DNA of 64,000 nucleotides from Candidatus Parcubacteria bacterium (GTDB taxonomy: Bacteria > Patescibacteriota > Minisyncoccia > UBA9983), in contig QZIU01000008.1 of NCBI GenBank assembly GCA_003599625.1, positions 1,690 through 65,689 of the forward strand, written 5' to 3'. Position numbers and translations under genes: made by a program. The notes beneath the pieces were generated by a model. That model made no database searches. It had not been told where the DNA came from and was given only the letters and a program-made list of their open reading frames with translations. Positions within the stretch are counted from its first letter, which is position 1. Each line of letters opens with the position of its first letter. Below are positions 25,704 through 35,428 of this stretch, one piece after another.

Positions 25704-27910
25704 AAATTTTAAGTATAGGCACGGACAGAAAAATATTTGATGAGAATTCTGAAGTTAGAAAGAGAGTTATTGAATATGGCAAATTGGCGGAAGAATTACA
25801 CATCGTAATTTTAACTCAAAAGTCAAAAGTCAAAACTCAAAACGACAAATCAAAACTTAGTATATCAAATAATGCGTTTATTTATCTGACAAATTCAAGA
25901 AATAAATTATTTTATATTTTTGATGCAATAAAAATCGGCAAAAAAATAATTGAAAATTGGAAATTGAAAATTGAAAATTCAAGTGACAAGCCTCTTGTCA
26001 CTTGCCAGGATCCTTTTGAAACCGGCTTTATTGGTTGGAGAATTGCGAGAAAATTCAAATTGCCGTTGCAACTACAGGTTCATACCGATTTTTTAAGCCC
26101 ATATTTCTGGAAGGAATCTTTTTTAAATAAAATCCGAGTTTTGCTGGGGAAATTTTTAATCAAACGCGCGGATAGCATCAGGGTTGTGAGCGAAAGAATC
26201 AAACAATCTTTGCTACAAGCTACAAGCTACAAGCTACAAACTAAAGTAACCGTACTTCCGATTTTTGTAGATACGGAAAAAATAAAAAATACGCCGATCA
26301 AAACCGACCTCCATAAAAAATATCCCCAATTCGATTTCATTATTCTGATGGCCTCGCGCTTCAGCAAAGAGAAAAATATTGAGCTGGCGATCGGGGCATT
26401 CAGCGAAGTTGTTAAAATTCATCCAAAAGTCGGCTTAATCATCGTCGGTTCCGGCCAGGAAAAACAGAATTATGAACCTGCCTGCCGGCGAGGCAGGTCA
26501 AGAATAAAGAAAGAATTGCAGAAGAATATAATAATAGAGAATTGGACGGACGATCTAGCTTCTTATTACAAAACTACTGACCTGTTTTTGCTAACCTCCA
26601 ATTATGAAGGCTATGGCAGGACTTTGGTTGAAGCTGCCGCAGTTGGCTGCAAAATCATTTCCAGCGATGCCGGCGTCGCGCCGGAAATTTTGGAAAAAGA
26701 AAATATTTTCGCCGTAGGGGATAAAAATGGTTTAATCCAGAAACTTATTGCCGCTCTTTCTGGCAGTATTAAAGAAACTAAAACGATTCCAACAAAGACA
26801 AAAGAAGAATATTTAAAGGAGTATAAAGAAATTTGGGAATCTGCAGGAAAGAGAAAACCAAAAATTTTAATCGTTACCCAAAAAGTTGATATCAACGACG
26901 ATGTCCTGGGTTTTTTCCACGATTGGCTGAGCAAAATGGCAGAATCGGCCGATTTGGTTGTTGTTGCAAATTCTGTCGGAAGATATGAGTTGCCGGAAAA
27001 TGTAAAGATTTTCTCTTTGGGTAAGGAAAGGGGAGCGGGGAAGCTTGCAAAGTTTTTTAAATACCAGTTCTTGCTATTGAAATTCTTGCCAAAGTCAGAC
27101 GGCATATTTTACCACATGTGCCCGGAGTATGTATTTTCGGCGGGACTTTGGCCGAAAATATTCAGGAAAAAAACCTTGCTATGGTATACTCATAAGGCGG
27201 TTAACTGGAAACTCAAATTGGCGGAAAAATTGATTGACGGGGTATTTACCGCCTCAAAAGAGAGTTTCAGATTGCCTTCAAAAAAAGTCGAGATTACGGG
27301 GCATGGGATAGACCTCGAAAAATTTTCAATTTTCAATTTTCAATTTTCAAAAAAAGACAAAAAGACTAATGATAAATTTAGAATCATAAGTGTGGGGAGG
27401 ATCGCGCCGGTGAAGAATTATGATTTGTTGATAGATGCCGCGGAGATATTGAAAAATAAGAATTTTAGCGCGGGAAATTGGGAAATCAAAATTGCCGGAT
27501 CGCCGGCTTTAGAGAGCGACAAAATTTATTTTGAAAGACTGAAAGAAAAGATCCGAGAAAAAAAACTGGAAGATGAAATAATTTTTGTCGGCCCCATTCC
27601 AAACAAAGATATTGTGGATTTTTACCAAAAAGGCGATCTGTTTGTAAATTTTAGCGATACTGGCAGCTTGGATAAAGCGGTGCTTGAGGCCATGGCTTGC
27701 GGATTGAAGATTCTGACTTCGAATGAGGCGTTTGCAAGAATGATTCCTGAAGAAGATTTTACTAAGAATGACGCTGGTTCAATCGCCAATAAAATATTTA
27801 ACTTATCTCAAAAAGAAAATAATTCAGATCTGCAACTATTTGTTGTAGAAAAACATAACCTTGCTAATTTGATTAAAAATGTCGTGAATTTTTATAGAGA
27901 GACTATCTAG
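25700..27910 (+). CDS. Fused double GT4 glycosyltransferase
   Basis: Two GT-B units (EGYGRTLVEA; GSLDKAVLEAM); second begins KILIVTQKVD. Confidence 0.92.
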   Translation: MKILSIGTDRKIFDENSEVRKRVIEYGKLAEELHIVILTQKSKVKTQNDKSKLSISNNAFIYLTNSRNKLFYIFDAIKIGKKIIENWKLKIENSSDKPLVTCQDPFETGFIGWRIARKFKLPLQLQVHTDFLSPYFWKESFLNKIRVLLGKFLIKRADSIRVVSERIKQSLLQATSYKLQTKVTVLPIFVDTEKIKNTPIKTDLHKKYPQFDFIILMASRFSKEKNIELAIGAFSEVVKIHPKVGLIIVGSGQEKQNYEPACRRGRSRIKKELQKNIIIENWTDDLASYYKTTDLFLLTSNYEGYGRTLVEAAAVGCKIISSDAGVAPEILEKENIFAVGDKNGLIQKLIAALSGSIKETKTIPTKTKEEYLKEYKEIWESAGKRKPKILIVTQKVDINDDVLGFFHDWLSKMAESADLVVVANSVGRYELPENVKIFSLGKERGAGKLAKFFKYQFLLLKFLPKSDGIFYHMCPEYVFSAGLWPKIFRKKTLLWYTHKAVNWKLKLAEKLIDGVFTASKESFRLPSKKVEITGHGIDLEKFSIFNFQFSKKDKKTNDKFRIISVGRIAPVKNYDLLIDAAEILKNKNFSAGNWEIKIAGSPALESDKIYFERLKEKIREKKLEDEIIFVGPIPNKDIVDFYQKGDLFVNFSDTGSLDKAVLEAMACGLKILTSNEAFARMIPEEDFTKNDAGSIANKIFNLSQKENNSDLQLFVVEKHNLANLIKNVVNFYRETI
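26478..26498. repeat. 21-nt in-frame variant of the CCTGCC palindrome (encodes PACRRGR)
   Basis: aattatgaa[cctgcctgccggcgaggcagg]tcaagaat. Confidence 0.85.
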
Positions 27911-28131
27911 CAGTATGGGACTGGTTCATTGTTCCGGTTTTCCATATGCCTAAGCTTTCCATTCTTTCATCAACCGGGGTCGTTATAATGATATTGTTTA
28001 TTAAAGGTGGGTGTCAGGAATTCCCCAAAGATTCATCTGCAAAGAATGAGTTATTAAAGAGAAATGTTAGCAGTATGATTAAATCGTTATTAATCCTTTC
28101 CATTGGCTGGATTGTTAAGTTCTTCATCTAA
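27907..28131 (+). pseudogene. Small membrane-protein remnant, apparently 5'-truncated
   Basis: Open frame VWDWFIVPVFHMPKLSIL...GWIVKFFI without an upstream start; followed by hairpin 28156-28182. Confidence 0.4.
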
Positions 28132-28218
28132 AAATAGTCTAACCAGGAACTTTCTGAGCCCAAGACGTTTGTCTTTGGGCTCTTTATTTTTTATAACAAT
28201 ACTGTTAAGATAAACACA

Positions 28219-29268
28219 ATGAAAAACAAGATACTTATCACGGGCGGGGCTGGATTTATCGGAGTTAATTCGGCCAGGCGTTTTTTAAAAAATGGCTGGG
28301 AGGTGCATATTTTAGACAATTTTTCCCGCAGGGGAACAGATCTGAATATCGAAAAGTTAAAGAACGAGTATTCAACATCCAAGCTAAAAATAATTAAAGC
28401 TGATATAGTAAAAGATTATTCTGTATTATGCGTCGCGGTCTCTGATGTTGACGTTGTTCTTCATTTGGCCGCGCAAGTTGCCGTAACTACTTCGGTGGCC
28501 AATCCCAGGCATGATTTTGAGACTAACGCCATAGGATCTTTCAATGTCCTTGAAGCTGTCAGGTTGTCTGACAATAAGCCCATCGTTCTATATTCTTCCA
28601 CAAACAAAGTTTACGGCTGCCTCGAACATCTGCCGGTCAAAGAATTTGATAAGCATTATCAATTCCACGATAAAGAAATACATAAATACGGAGTCCATGA
28701 GAACGTAAATTTGGATTATCATTCTCCTTATGGTTGCAGCAAAGGAATAGCTGACCAATATTTTATTGATTACAACAGAATATACGGACTTAAAACGGTT
28801 GTTTTCAGGCAATCGTGCATATACGGACCTCACCAGTTTGGAATAGAGGATCAAGGTTGGGTGGCTTGGTTTACCATTGCCAGTATGTTGGAAAGGGGTA
28901 TTAATATTTATGGAACGGGTAAACAGGTAAGGGATTTATTATTTGTGGACGATCTCTCACGGTTATATGAGTTGGCTATAGAAAAAATAAATAAAACTGC
29001 CGGGAAAGCTTATAATATCGGCGGCGGTCCTGAAAATAAGCTATCATTATTGCAATTCCTGGATAAACTCATGTCGCATATGGGCAGGGAAATCCCATTG
29101 GCGTATTCTGACATAAGATCCGGCGACCAGCCTATTTTTATCGCTGACACCAGAAAGGCTTTTAACGAAATCGGTTGGAAACCGGAATACGATTTTAATG
29201 AAGGCTTTGATGCAATGTCGGAGTGGGTTAAAGGGAATAGAGGAATATTTAATAGTTTCTTCAATTAA
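28219..29268 (+). CDS. NAD-dependent epimerase, CDP-paratose 2-epimerase (RfbE)-like
   Basis: TGGAGFIG, AAQVAVTTS, SSTNKVYG, YGCSKG, QFGIEDQGWVAWF. Confidence 0.9.
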   Translation: MKNKILITGGAGFIGVNSARRFLKNGWEVHILDNFSRRGTDLNIEKLKNEYSTSKLKIIKADIVKDYSVLCVAVSDVDVVLHLAAQVAVTTSVANPRHDFETNAIGSFNVLEAVRLSDNKPIVLYSSTNKVYGCLEHLPVKEFDKHYQFHDKEIHKYGVHENVNLDYHSPYGCSKGIADQYFIDYNRIYGLKTVVFRQSCIYGPHQFGIEDQGWVAWFTIASMLERGINIYGTGKQVRDLLFVDDLSRLYELAIEKINKTAGKAYNIGGGPENKLSLLQFLDKLMSHMGREIPLAYSDIRSGDQPIFIADTRKAFNEIGWKPEYDFNEGFDAMSEWVKGNRGIFNSFFN

Positions 29269-29271
29269 AAG

Positions 29272-30369
29272 ATGAAAATAGGATTTGTCGCAGAACCTTA
29301 CGAAGAGAAAAACGCCTCCGGAATGGGTCATGTTGTTTTGGAACTAATAGATGCGTTCCTAAAAAAAGATTCTCAAAATGAATTTGTAGTATATTCATCC
29401 GCGACATTTGCTAAGAAAAGAATGTCAAGTAATGCAACGAATGTTTTGATTCCAAAAAATTTTTTTCATAAGATTTATTGGTTTTTTCGAAACCATTCCG
29501 AATGTGACGTTTTATTTTTTATAGTCCCGCTACTTCCTCTAATTCTCCCCAGAGAATCAAAGACAATTCTTATCTGTCAAGAGTTGGCGAGCCAAAAAAT
29601 CAAACCAGATAATCTTTTTGAATCAATAAAGGCTTTTTTGCGAGACAAGGTTTTGATGCCCATATCTTTAAAAAGAGGTTCATTGATTATTGCCGCCTCC
29701 AATGCCACGAAATTTGACCTTTTAAAATTTTACAACTTGAATGAAAGTAAAATCAAGGTAATTTATAATGGTTATCAAAAGTTTCAGGAACCGATCAAAT
29801 CATCTTGCAATCCGAATCAGCGACCTTATTTTTTCTTTGCCGGTAAAGTAAAGTACAGGAAAAATGTTCATGGCATAGTTGAGGCTTTTATTAAATTCAT
29901 AAGTAAGCATAATGTTGATTGCGATCTTAAAATAGCGGGCAGTTACGGAGGAGAATATTACGAAAACATTTTGGAAAATATTGGAAAAAATGGTTTAATA
30001 GACAAGGTGAAGTTTCTGGGGTATGCCGATAAAGATCAAATGTTTCATTTATATAAGAACTGCGTTGCGTGCTTATTCCCATCAATTAACGAAGGTTTTG
30101 GCATGCCAATAGTCGAGGCGATGAGTCTGGGGGCCCCGGTGGTAACTTCCAATATCTCTTCCATGTCTGAAGTTGCCGGCGAGGCCGGTATTTTAGTGGA
30201 TCCCTTCAATACTGATCAGCTTGCTAATGCAATGTGGAATATTTTTTCAGATAAAAATTTAAGAAACAATCTCATAAAAAAAGGAAAAGATAGGTCAAAG
30301 CTTTTTTCTTGGGACAAGGCCGCTAAAGAATATTTGGAAAATGCTTATTATTTGACTGACGCTAACTGA
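29272..30369 (+). CDS. GT4 glycosyltransferase (mannosyltransferase-like)
   Basis: RKN, EGFGMPIVEAM, FSWDKAA. Confidence 0.92.
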   Translation: MKIGFVAEPYEEKNASGMGHVVLELIDAFLKKDSQNEFVVYSSATFAKKRMSSNATNVLIPKNFFHKIYWFFRNHSECDVLFFIVPLLPLILPRESKTILICQELASQKIKPDNLFESIKAFLRDKVLMPISLKRGSLIIAASNATKFDLLKFYNLNESKIKVIYNGYQKFQEPIKSSCNPNQRPYFFFAGKVKYRKNVHGIVEAFIKFISKHNVDCDLKIAGSYGGEYYENILENIGKNGLIDKVKFLGYADKDQMFHLYKNCVACLFPSINEGFGMPIVEAMSLGAPVVTSNISSMSEVAGEAGILVDPFNTDQLANAMWNIFSDKNLRNNLIKKGKDRSKLFSWDKAAKEYLENAYYLTDAN

Positions 30370-30392
30370 AGCCAGCAATATACCTTACAATT

Positions 30393-31112
30393 ATGGCCGA
30401 AACTGAAATAAAAAAACTTTCAATAATAATACCCGCATATAACGAAATTAAGACTATTGAGGAATTGATAGAAAAAGTGGAGGCAGTAAAGCTGCCTTTG
30501 CTTAAAGAAATAATAGTTGTGGATGATTGCTCCACGGATGGCACTGCTGAGGTATTGGTTAAATTAGGCGGAAAAAAGGAAAATCTCAAAATTATTCTCA
30601 GTCGAAAGAACGGAGGGAAGGGCTCAGCTTTAAAATCAGGATTTTTTGCTGCCACGGGTGATATAATAATAATTCAGGATGCTGATCTGGAATATGATCC
30701 GGAAGAATATGGAATATTAATAGAGCCGATGTTGCTGGGAAAGGCGGACGTTGTTTACGGCTCTAGGTTCTTTACCGGAAAAGCAAAAAGGGTGCTTTAT
30801 TTTTGGCATATTTCTGCCAATCTTTTTTTAACCTTTCTTTCTAATTTATTAACCGGGCTTACCCTTACGGATATGGAGACGGGGTATAAAGCTTTTCGCA
30901 GAGAAGTGGTTGATTCGTTTAAAAGTGATATCAGGGCAAAAAGATTCGGTATTGAGCCGGAAATAACGGCAAAAATTGCGAAGGGAAAATGGAGGATTTA
31001 CGAGGTTGGCATTTCATACTATGGGAGGACGTATACTGAAGGAAAAAAAATAAGTTGGAAAGACGGTATTGCGGCAATTTGGCACATAGTTCGATTTAAT
31101 TTATTCAAGTGA
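30393..31112 (+). CDS. GT2 polyprenol-phosphate glycosyltransferase (DPM1-like)
   Basis: IPAYNE, DDCSTDGT, QDADLEY, VYGSRF, DMETGYK. Confidence 0.93.
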   Translation: MAETEIKKLSIIIPAYNEIKTIEELIEKVEAVKLPLLKEIIVVDDCSTDGTAEVLVKLGGKKENLKIILSRKNGGKGSALKSGFFAATGDIIIIQDADLEYDPEEYGILIEPMLLGKADVVYGSRFFTGKAKRVLYFWHISANLFLTFLSNLLTGLTLTDMETGYKAFRREVVDSFKSDIRAKRFGIEPEITAKIAKGKWRIYEVGISYYGRTYTEGKKISWKDGIAAIWHIVRFNLFK

Positions 31113-31123
31113 TGTAAAAAAAA

Positions 31124-32527
31124 ATGAAGGTAATGCTTTTAAAACCGTATTCGGCATCGGATGAGTTGATACCGCCATTCGGGTTGGGTTATTTGGCCAC
31201 GGCTATCAGGGATAAACACGAGGTGGAAGTTGTTGATGGCATTAAAGACAAAATAACACCGGATAAGTTCGAAAAAATTATAGAAGGAAAGAATTATGAT
31301 GTTATTGGCATCCAGATTTTCACTTTCCATATTCCGATAGCCAAAAAATACATACAAGCAATAAAAAAAATTTCTCCTTCAGCAAAAATAATACTCGGCG
31401 GTCCTCATCCCTCGTGCAGCCCGGCAAATATTTTTGGAATTTTCCCCGATATTGATTGGGCGTTTAAAGGGGAAGCAGAAATTGGCTTAGCCAAGCTTCT
31501 TGAGCTGATTTCTGGCGGTAAAACGAATGAGGAAAATCTTGCGATTGTACCTGGTTTAATATGGAAAAAAGGAGAAGTGGCAAATGTTAATAAACAGATA
31601 TTTGTTGATAACCTTGATGAGCTGGGTATGCCTAGCTGGGATTTGTTAAAACCGAATACTTACCCCCTTTCTCCTCATGGCGGCTTTTTCAAAAATTATC
31701 CGATTGCGCCAATAATTATAACCAGGGGATGTCCATTTTCATGCACTTATTGCGCCGGACATTTGGTTAGCGGGAAAAAGATAAGATTCCGCAGTATTGC
31801 CAAGGTTATAGAGGAAATAAAAGTTCTTTATCATGATTATGGGATAAGAGAAATCCACATAGAAGATGACAACTTTACCATGCGGCATGAATTGGTATAC
31901 AAGTTTTGCGATGAGTTGAAAAAAAATAATTTGAAAATAACATGGACTTGTCCAAATGGCGTTAGACTGGATACGTTAACCGAAGATCTGCTTTTTGCAA
32001 TGAAATCCGCGGGCTTATACAGCATATCCGTCGGCATAGAGTCTGGTTCGAAAAGAATACTCAAAGAAATGAAAAAAAGCATAACAAAAGAGAAGATAAA
32101 AGAAAAAATCAACCTTATAAAAAAATGCGGCCTTGAAGTGTCTGGATTTTTTATCATAGGTTACCCGTCTGAGACAAGAGATGATATTATGCAAACTATA
32201 AATTTCGCTCTCGAGTTGGATCTTAAAAGAGCCGGCTTTTCTCTTTTTAAACCTTTCCCGGGGACCGAAGCTGCCGATAATCTTATAAAAAGCGGGGATC
32301 TTGACGCGATGACCGACGAAGACTGGAGTAGATTTGTTTTGGCTGATACTGTTTATGCTCCGCCCGGTTTTACAAAGAAAGAAATGAGGCTGCTTCGCAG
32401 GAAGGCCTTGATAAGGTTTTATTTCCGGCCAAAAATATTCTTTAAGTTTGTAAAAGAAATTAGAAATTTTGATCATCTGAAGCTTGTAATTAAAAGAGCT
32501 TACAGTTGGCTTGTTGCCTCCAGGTAA
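31124..32527 (+). CDS. Cobalamin-binding radical SAM protein
   Basis: GLGYLA, GGPHPS, TRGCPFSCTYC, DDNF, GIESG. Confidence 0.93.
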   Translation: MKVMLLKPYSASDELIPPFGLGYLATAIRDKHEVEVVDGIKDKITPDKFEKIIEGKNYDVIGIQIFTFHIPIAKKYIQAIKKISPSAKIILGGPHPSCSPANIFGIFPDIDWAFKGEAEIGLAKLLELISGGKTNEENLAIVPGLIWKKGEVANVNKQIFVDNLDELGMPSWDLLKPNTYPLSPHGGFFKNYPIAPIIITRGCPFSCTYCAGHLVSGKKIRFRSIAKVIEEIKVLYHDYGIREIHIEDDNFTMRHELVYKFCDELKKNNLKITWTCPNGVRLDTLTEDLLFAMKSAGLYSISVGIESGSKRILKEMKKSITKEKIKEKINLIKKCGLEVSGFFIIGYPSETRDDIMQTINFALELDLKRAGFSLFKPFPGTEAADNLIKSGDLDAMTDEDWSRFVLADTVYAPPGFTKKEMRLLRRKALIRFYFRPKIFFKFVKEIRNFDHLKLVIKRAYSWLVASR

Positions 32528-32528
32528 A

Positions 32529-33995
32529 ATGAAACAAATCTCAAAAATTCGCTTAATAATGATTTCTTTGTTATTAGCCTCAGCAGTTTTTCTGATCACT
32601 TTTCGGTTCGCTGAAACGCCTAAAGTCTGGATAGATGAAGGTATTTTTACGGAGACGGCAAAAAATTTAGCCGTAAAAGGCAATTCCGGCATTCAGATAA
32701 ACCCTCAAAAAATAATATCTTCAGCAGCCTGGTCAACCGCTGGGTATCCGCTTATATTTCCTGTTGCAGCAAGTTTTAAAATATTTGGCGTTGGGCTTAT
32801 GGAGGCGCGTTTGCCTATGCTTATCTATTTGATGGGATTAGTCGTTGCTTTTTATGTTTTCTCCTTTAGAGTCGCCGGTTTCTATGCCGGGGTTTCTTCG
32901 GTTCTGCTTCTTTTAAGTTTTTCTCCCTTTTACGGGAATGGCAGGCCTGTCCAAGGGGAAATACCTGGTCTGGTGTTCTTTATTTTTGCTTCAGTATTTC
33001 TTTTTAATTGGGAAAAAAGAGACTTCAAAAAAACAGCTCTTCTTTTTTGGTCGGGATTATTTTTTGGTTTGGCTGCTTCCTCTAAACCTCTATATTTAAT
33101 GCTAATCTTGCCGACATTGCTATTGATCTCAATTTTGATCAAGAAAAAAGGCGGTTATTTTAAAAATCTGATTTTTTTTGGAGGGGGCTTTATTATTCCC
33201 TTGGTGTTGTGGTTTTTTACCCAGTTTCCTAATTTTTCATTGTTCCAAAAAGCTCTCCGGATTTATTTTACGGCCAACCCTGACGCCTCGGTCTCTTCCA
33301 CCGATTCCATCTTAAGTAATATTCCAAAATTTTTTAGCGAATCAACGCCAATGCTATTTATGGCGATGCTTTTTCCAGCTGTTATTTTTTACTCTATAAA
33401 AGTAATAAAAAGAAAAAAATATACCATTGCTGAAGTTGCCATTTTGATTTTTATAATCTTGAACCTGTTTGCCTTTTTAAAGGGGCCGGGTTGGTATAGA
33501 CATTTTTTTCCGGGGCATATTTTGTTGTATTTAATAATACCTGTTATTTTAATTGAGTCGTATAAATTCTTTTTAGAAAAAAAACGTTTAAAAAATATAG
33601 CAATAGCGATCCCAATTATTTTTATTGTATTTACCGCGACGCAGTTTTATCACTTGTTGTTTTTGTCCCAAACTTCTTTTGTCGTAAAAAGAGAAAGGAA
33701 TAAGCAACTGGCGGAAGTTTTAGGTCAAATAAAGGCGAACAAAACGGTTTTTCTTTACAATGCCATAGAAGCTGCCATTTTTTTAAGGCATGATAATTAT
33801 TTTCAATATCTTAAACCTTCCGATTACTTGGAAGAAGGAGATAAAAATATTTTGAAAGAGCCATATACTGATTTCATTTTAATTCATGCCGATGAAGCGC
33901 AACAACAAGGCTTTGATCCTAAATGTTATCGGAAAAAGGAGATCGATCAATATTATTTATTTGAAAAAACACCAGATTGCTTAAAGGTATCATGA
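32529..33995 (+). CDS. GT-C (ArnT/PMT-like) membrane glycosyltransferase
   Basis: WIDEG in the first loop, about 11 TM helices. Confidence 0.85.
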   Translation: MKQISKIRLIMISLLLASAVFLITFRFAETPKVWIDEGIFTETAKNLAVKGNSGIQINPQKIISSAAWSTAGYPLIFPVAASFKIFGVGLMEARLPMLIYLMGLVVAFYVFSFRVAGFYAGVSSVLLLLSFSPFYGNGRPVQGEIPGLVFFIFASVFLFNWEKRDFKKTALLFWSGLFFGLAASSKPLYLMLILPTLLLISILIKKKGGYFKNLIFFGGGFIIPLVLWFFTQFPNFSLFQKALRIYFTANPDASVSSTDSILSNIPKFFSESTPMLFMAMLFPAVIFYSIKVIKRKKYTIAEVAILIFIILNLFAFLKGPGWYRHFFPGHILLYLIIPVILIESYKFFLEKKRLKNIAIAIPIIFIVFTATQFYHLLFLSQTSFVVKRERNKQLAEVLGQIKANKTVFLYNAIEAAIFLRHDNYFQYLKPSDYLEEGDKNILKEPYTDFILIHADEAQQQGFDPKCYRKKEIDQYYLFEKTPDCLKVS

Positions 33996-34786
33996 TTTCA
34001 TTTATAAAAAAAATCTTTTACTTACCCGAAGCGGCAGAATGGTTGATGAGAAAAGATAGTGCTGATAATTATATTATTCACAGAAGAATAATATCTAAAA
34101 AAAAGCTTTTACGGAAAATTTATTCATTTTACTTCTCTGAAGTGACAGGGCATTTTAGTTATTTGAAGGAAAAGAAGATAATTGAAATTGGCTCTGGGGC
34201 TTGGAGTATGTCATTGTATAATCCTAAAATTATTTCTTCCGATCTTATAAAAAACAAATTCGTAGAAATGTCTGTAGATGCCCAAAAAATGCCTTTTAAA
34301 GACAATGATCTTGACGGTATTGTCATGATTGATGTCTTGCATCATTTACCAGACCCTGAAAAATTTTTTCTTGAAAGTGTCAGAGTCTTGAAAAAAGGAG
34401 GGCGAGTCGCAATGATAGAACCATATCTTAGTCCTCTTGGGAAATTATATTATAATTATATCCACCATGAAGAATGCGATCATAAGTCCTTGTCATGGAG
34501 TCTGCCTCAGGCTTCCGGGCGCTTAAGCGGATCAAATTTAGCAACCCCTTTCAATATTTTCATAAGAGACAGGGAATTATTTAGAAATAAGTTCAAAGAT
34601 TTAAAGGTGCTAAAAATATCTCTTCATACGTGTTTTTCTTATTTTTTGTCCGGAGGTTTGTCTTTTCGGTCATTAGTTCCCAATTTTTTAGCTGGTTTTA
34701 TAATGTTTTTAGAAAGAAAGATATTTTTTTTATACCCCTATCTGGCAAGTCAGATGACTATTGTATTGGAAAAAAAAGATAATTGA
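33992..34786 (+). CDS. Class I SAM-dependent methyltransferase
   Basis: EIGSGA, DVLHHL, RVLKKGG. Confidence 0.88.
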   Translation: MISFIKKIFYLPEAAEWLMRKDSADNYIIHRRIISKKKLLRKIYSFYFSEVTGHFSYLKEKKIIEIGSGAWSMSLYNPKIISSDLIKNKFVEMSVDAQKMPFKDNDLDGIVMIDVLHHLPDPEKFFLESVRVLKKGGRVAMIEPYLSPLGKLYYNYIHHEECDHKSLSWSLPQASGRLSGSNLATPFNIFIRDRELFRNKFKDLKVLKISLHTCFSYFLSGGLSFRSLVPNFLAGFIMFLERKIFFLYPYLASQMTIVLEKKDN

Positions 34787-35427
34787 CATTTAAAATCATG
34801 AACCTAATTTTACCAAAAAAAGAAAAACTTATAATGACCAACGCGGAAGATCCCTTAAAATATTATTATTGGCCAATTGCCAGTTCTTTTTATAAGAAAA
34901 GGTTACTTGATGTAATCTCACTGTTGGGGAATAAAAGATATGAAAAGATTTTAGATATTGGATTCGGCAGTGGGATTCTATTTCCCGAGCTTAGAAAAAA
35001 GGCCGGAGAATTGTATGGATTGGAAACACATGATAAGGTCATGGATGTTCAAAGTGCCCTGGCGGACATGGGCGTCCGGACATTTTTGAGTAAAGGAAGT
35101 ATTTTGAACATGCCATATGAAGAAAATTTTTTTGATGCGATTGTTTCAGTTAGCACGCTGGAGCATGTAAAAGAACTAGAGGAAGCATCCAATGAAATAG
35201 TCAGAGTCCTAAAGCCCGGGGGTGTTGCGGTGCTTGGTTTTCCCGCGCGCAACTTCATTACGGACTTTATTTTTACAATTTTCGGAAATAATCCGAGAGA
35301 ACTGCACCCATCGAGCCACAAAGACATTCTTTCAGTCTTCGACAAAAAGATGTTAAGAGGAAGGGTTATAAAGTTTCCTCAATATTTTTTTAACTTATAC
35401 GTGTCGGTTCTTTTTATAAAGAAATAA
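34783..35427 (+). CDS. Class I SAM-dependent methyltransferase
   Basis: LDIGFGSG, LEHV, RVLKPGG. Confidence 0.88.
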   Translation: MTFKIMNLILPKKEKLIMTNAEDPLKYYYWPIASSFYKKRLLDVISLLGNKRYEKILDIGFGSGILFPELRKKAGELYGLETHDKVMDVQSALADMGVRTFLSKGSILNMPYEENFFDAIVSVSTLEHVKELEEASNEIVRVLKPGGVAVLGFPARNFITDFIFTIFGNNPRELHPSSHKDILSVFDKKMLRGRVIKFPQYFFNLYVSVLFIKK

Positions 35428-35428
35428 T

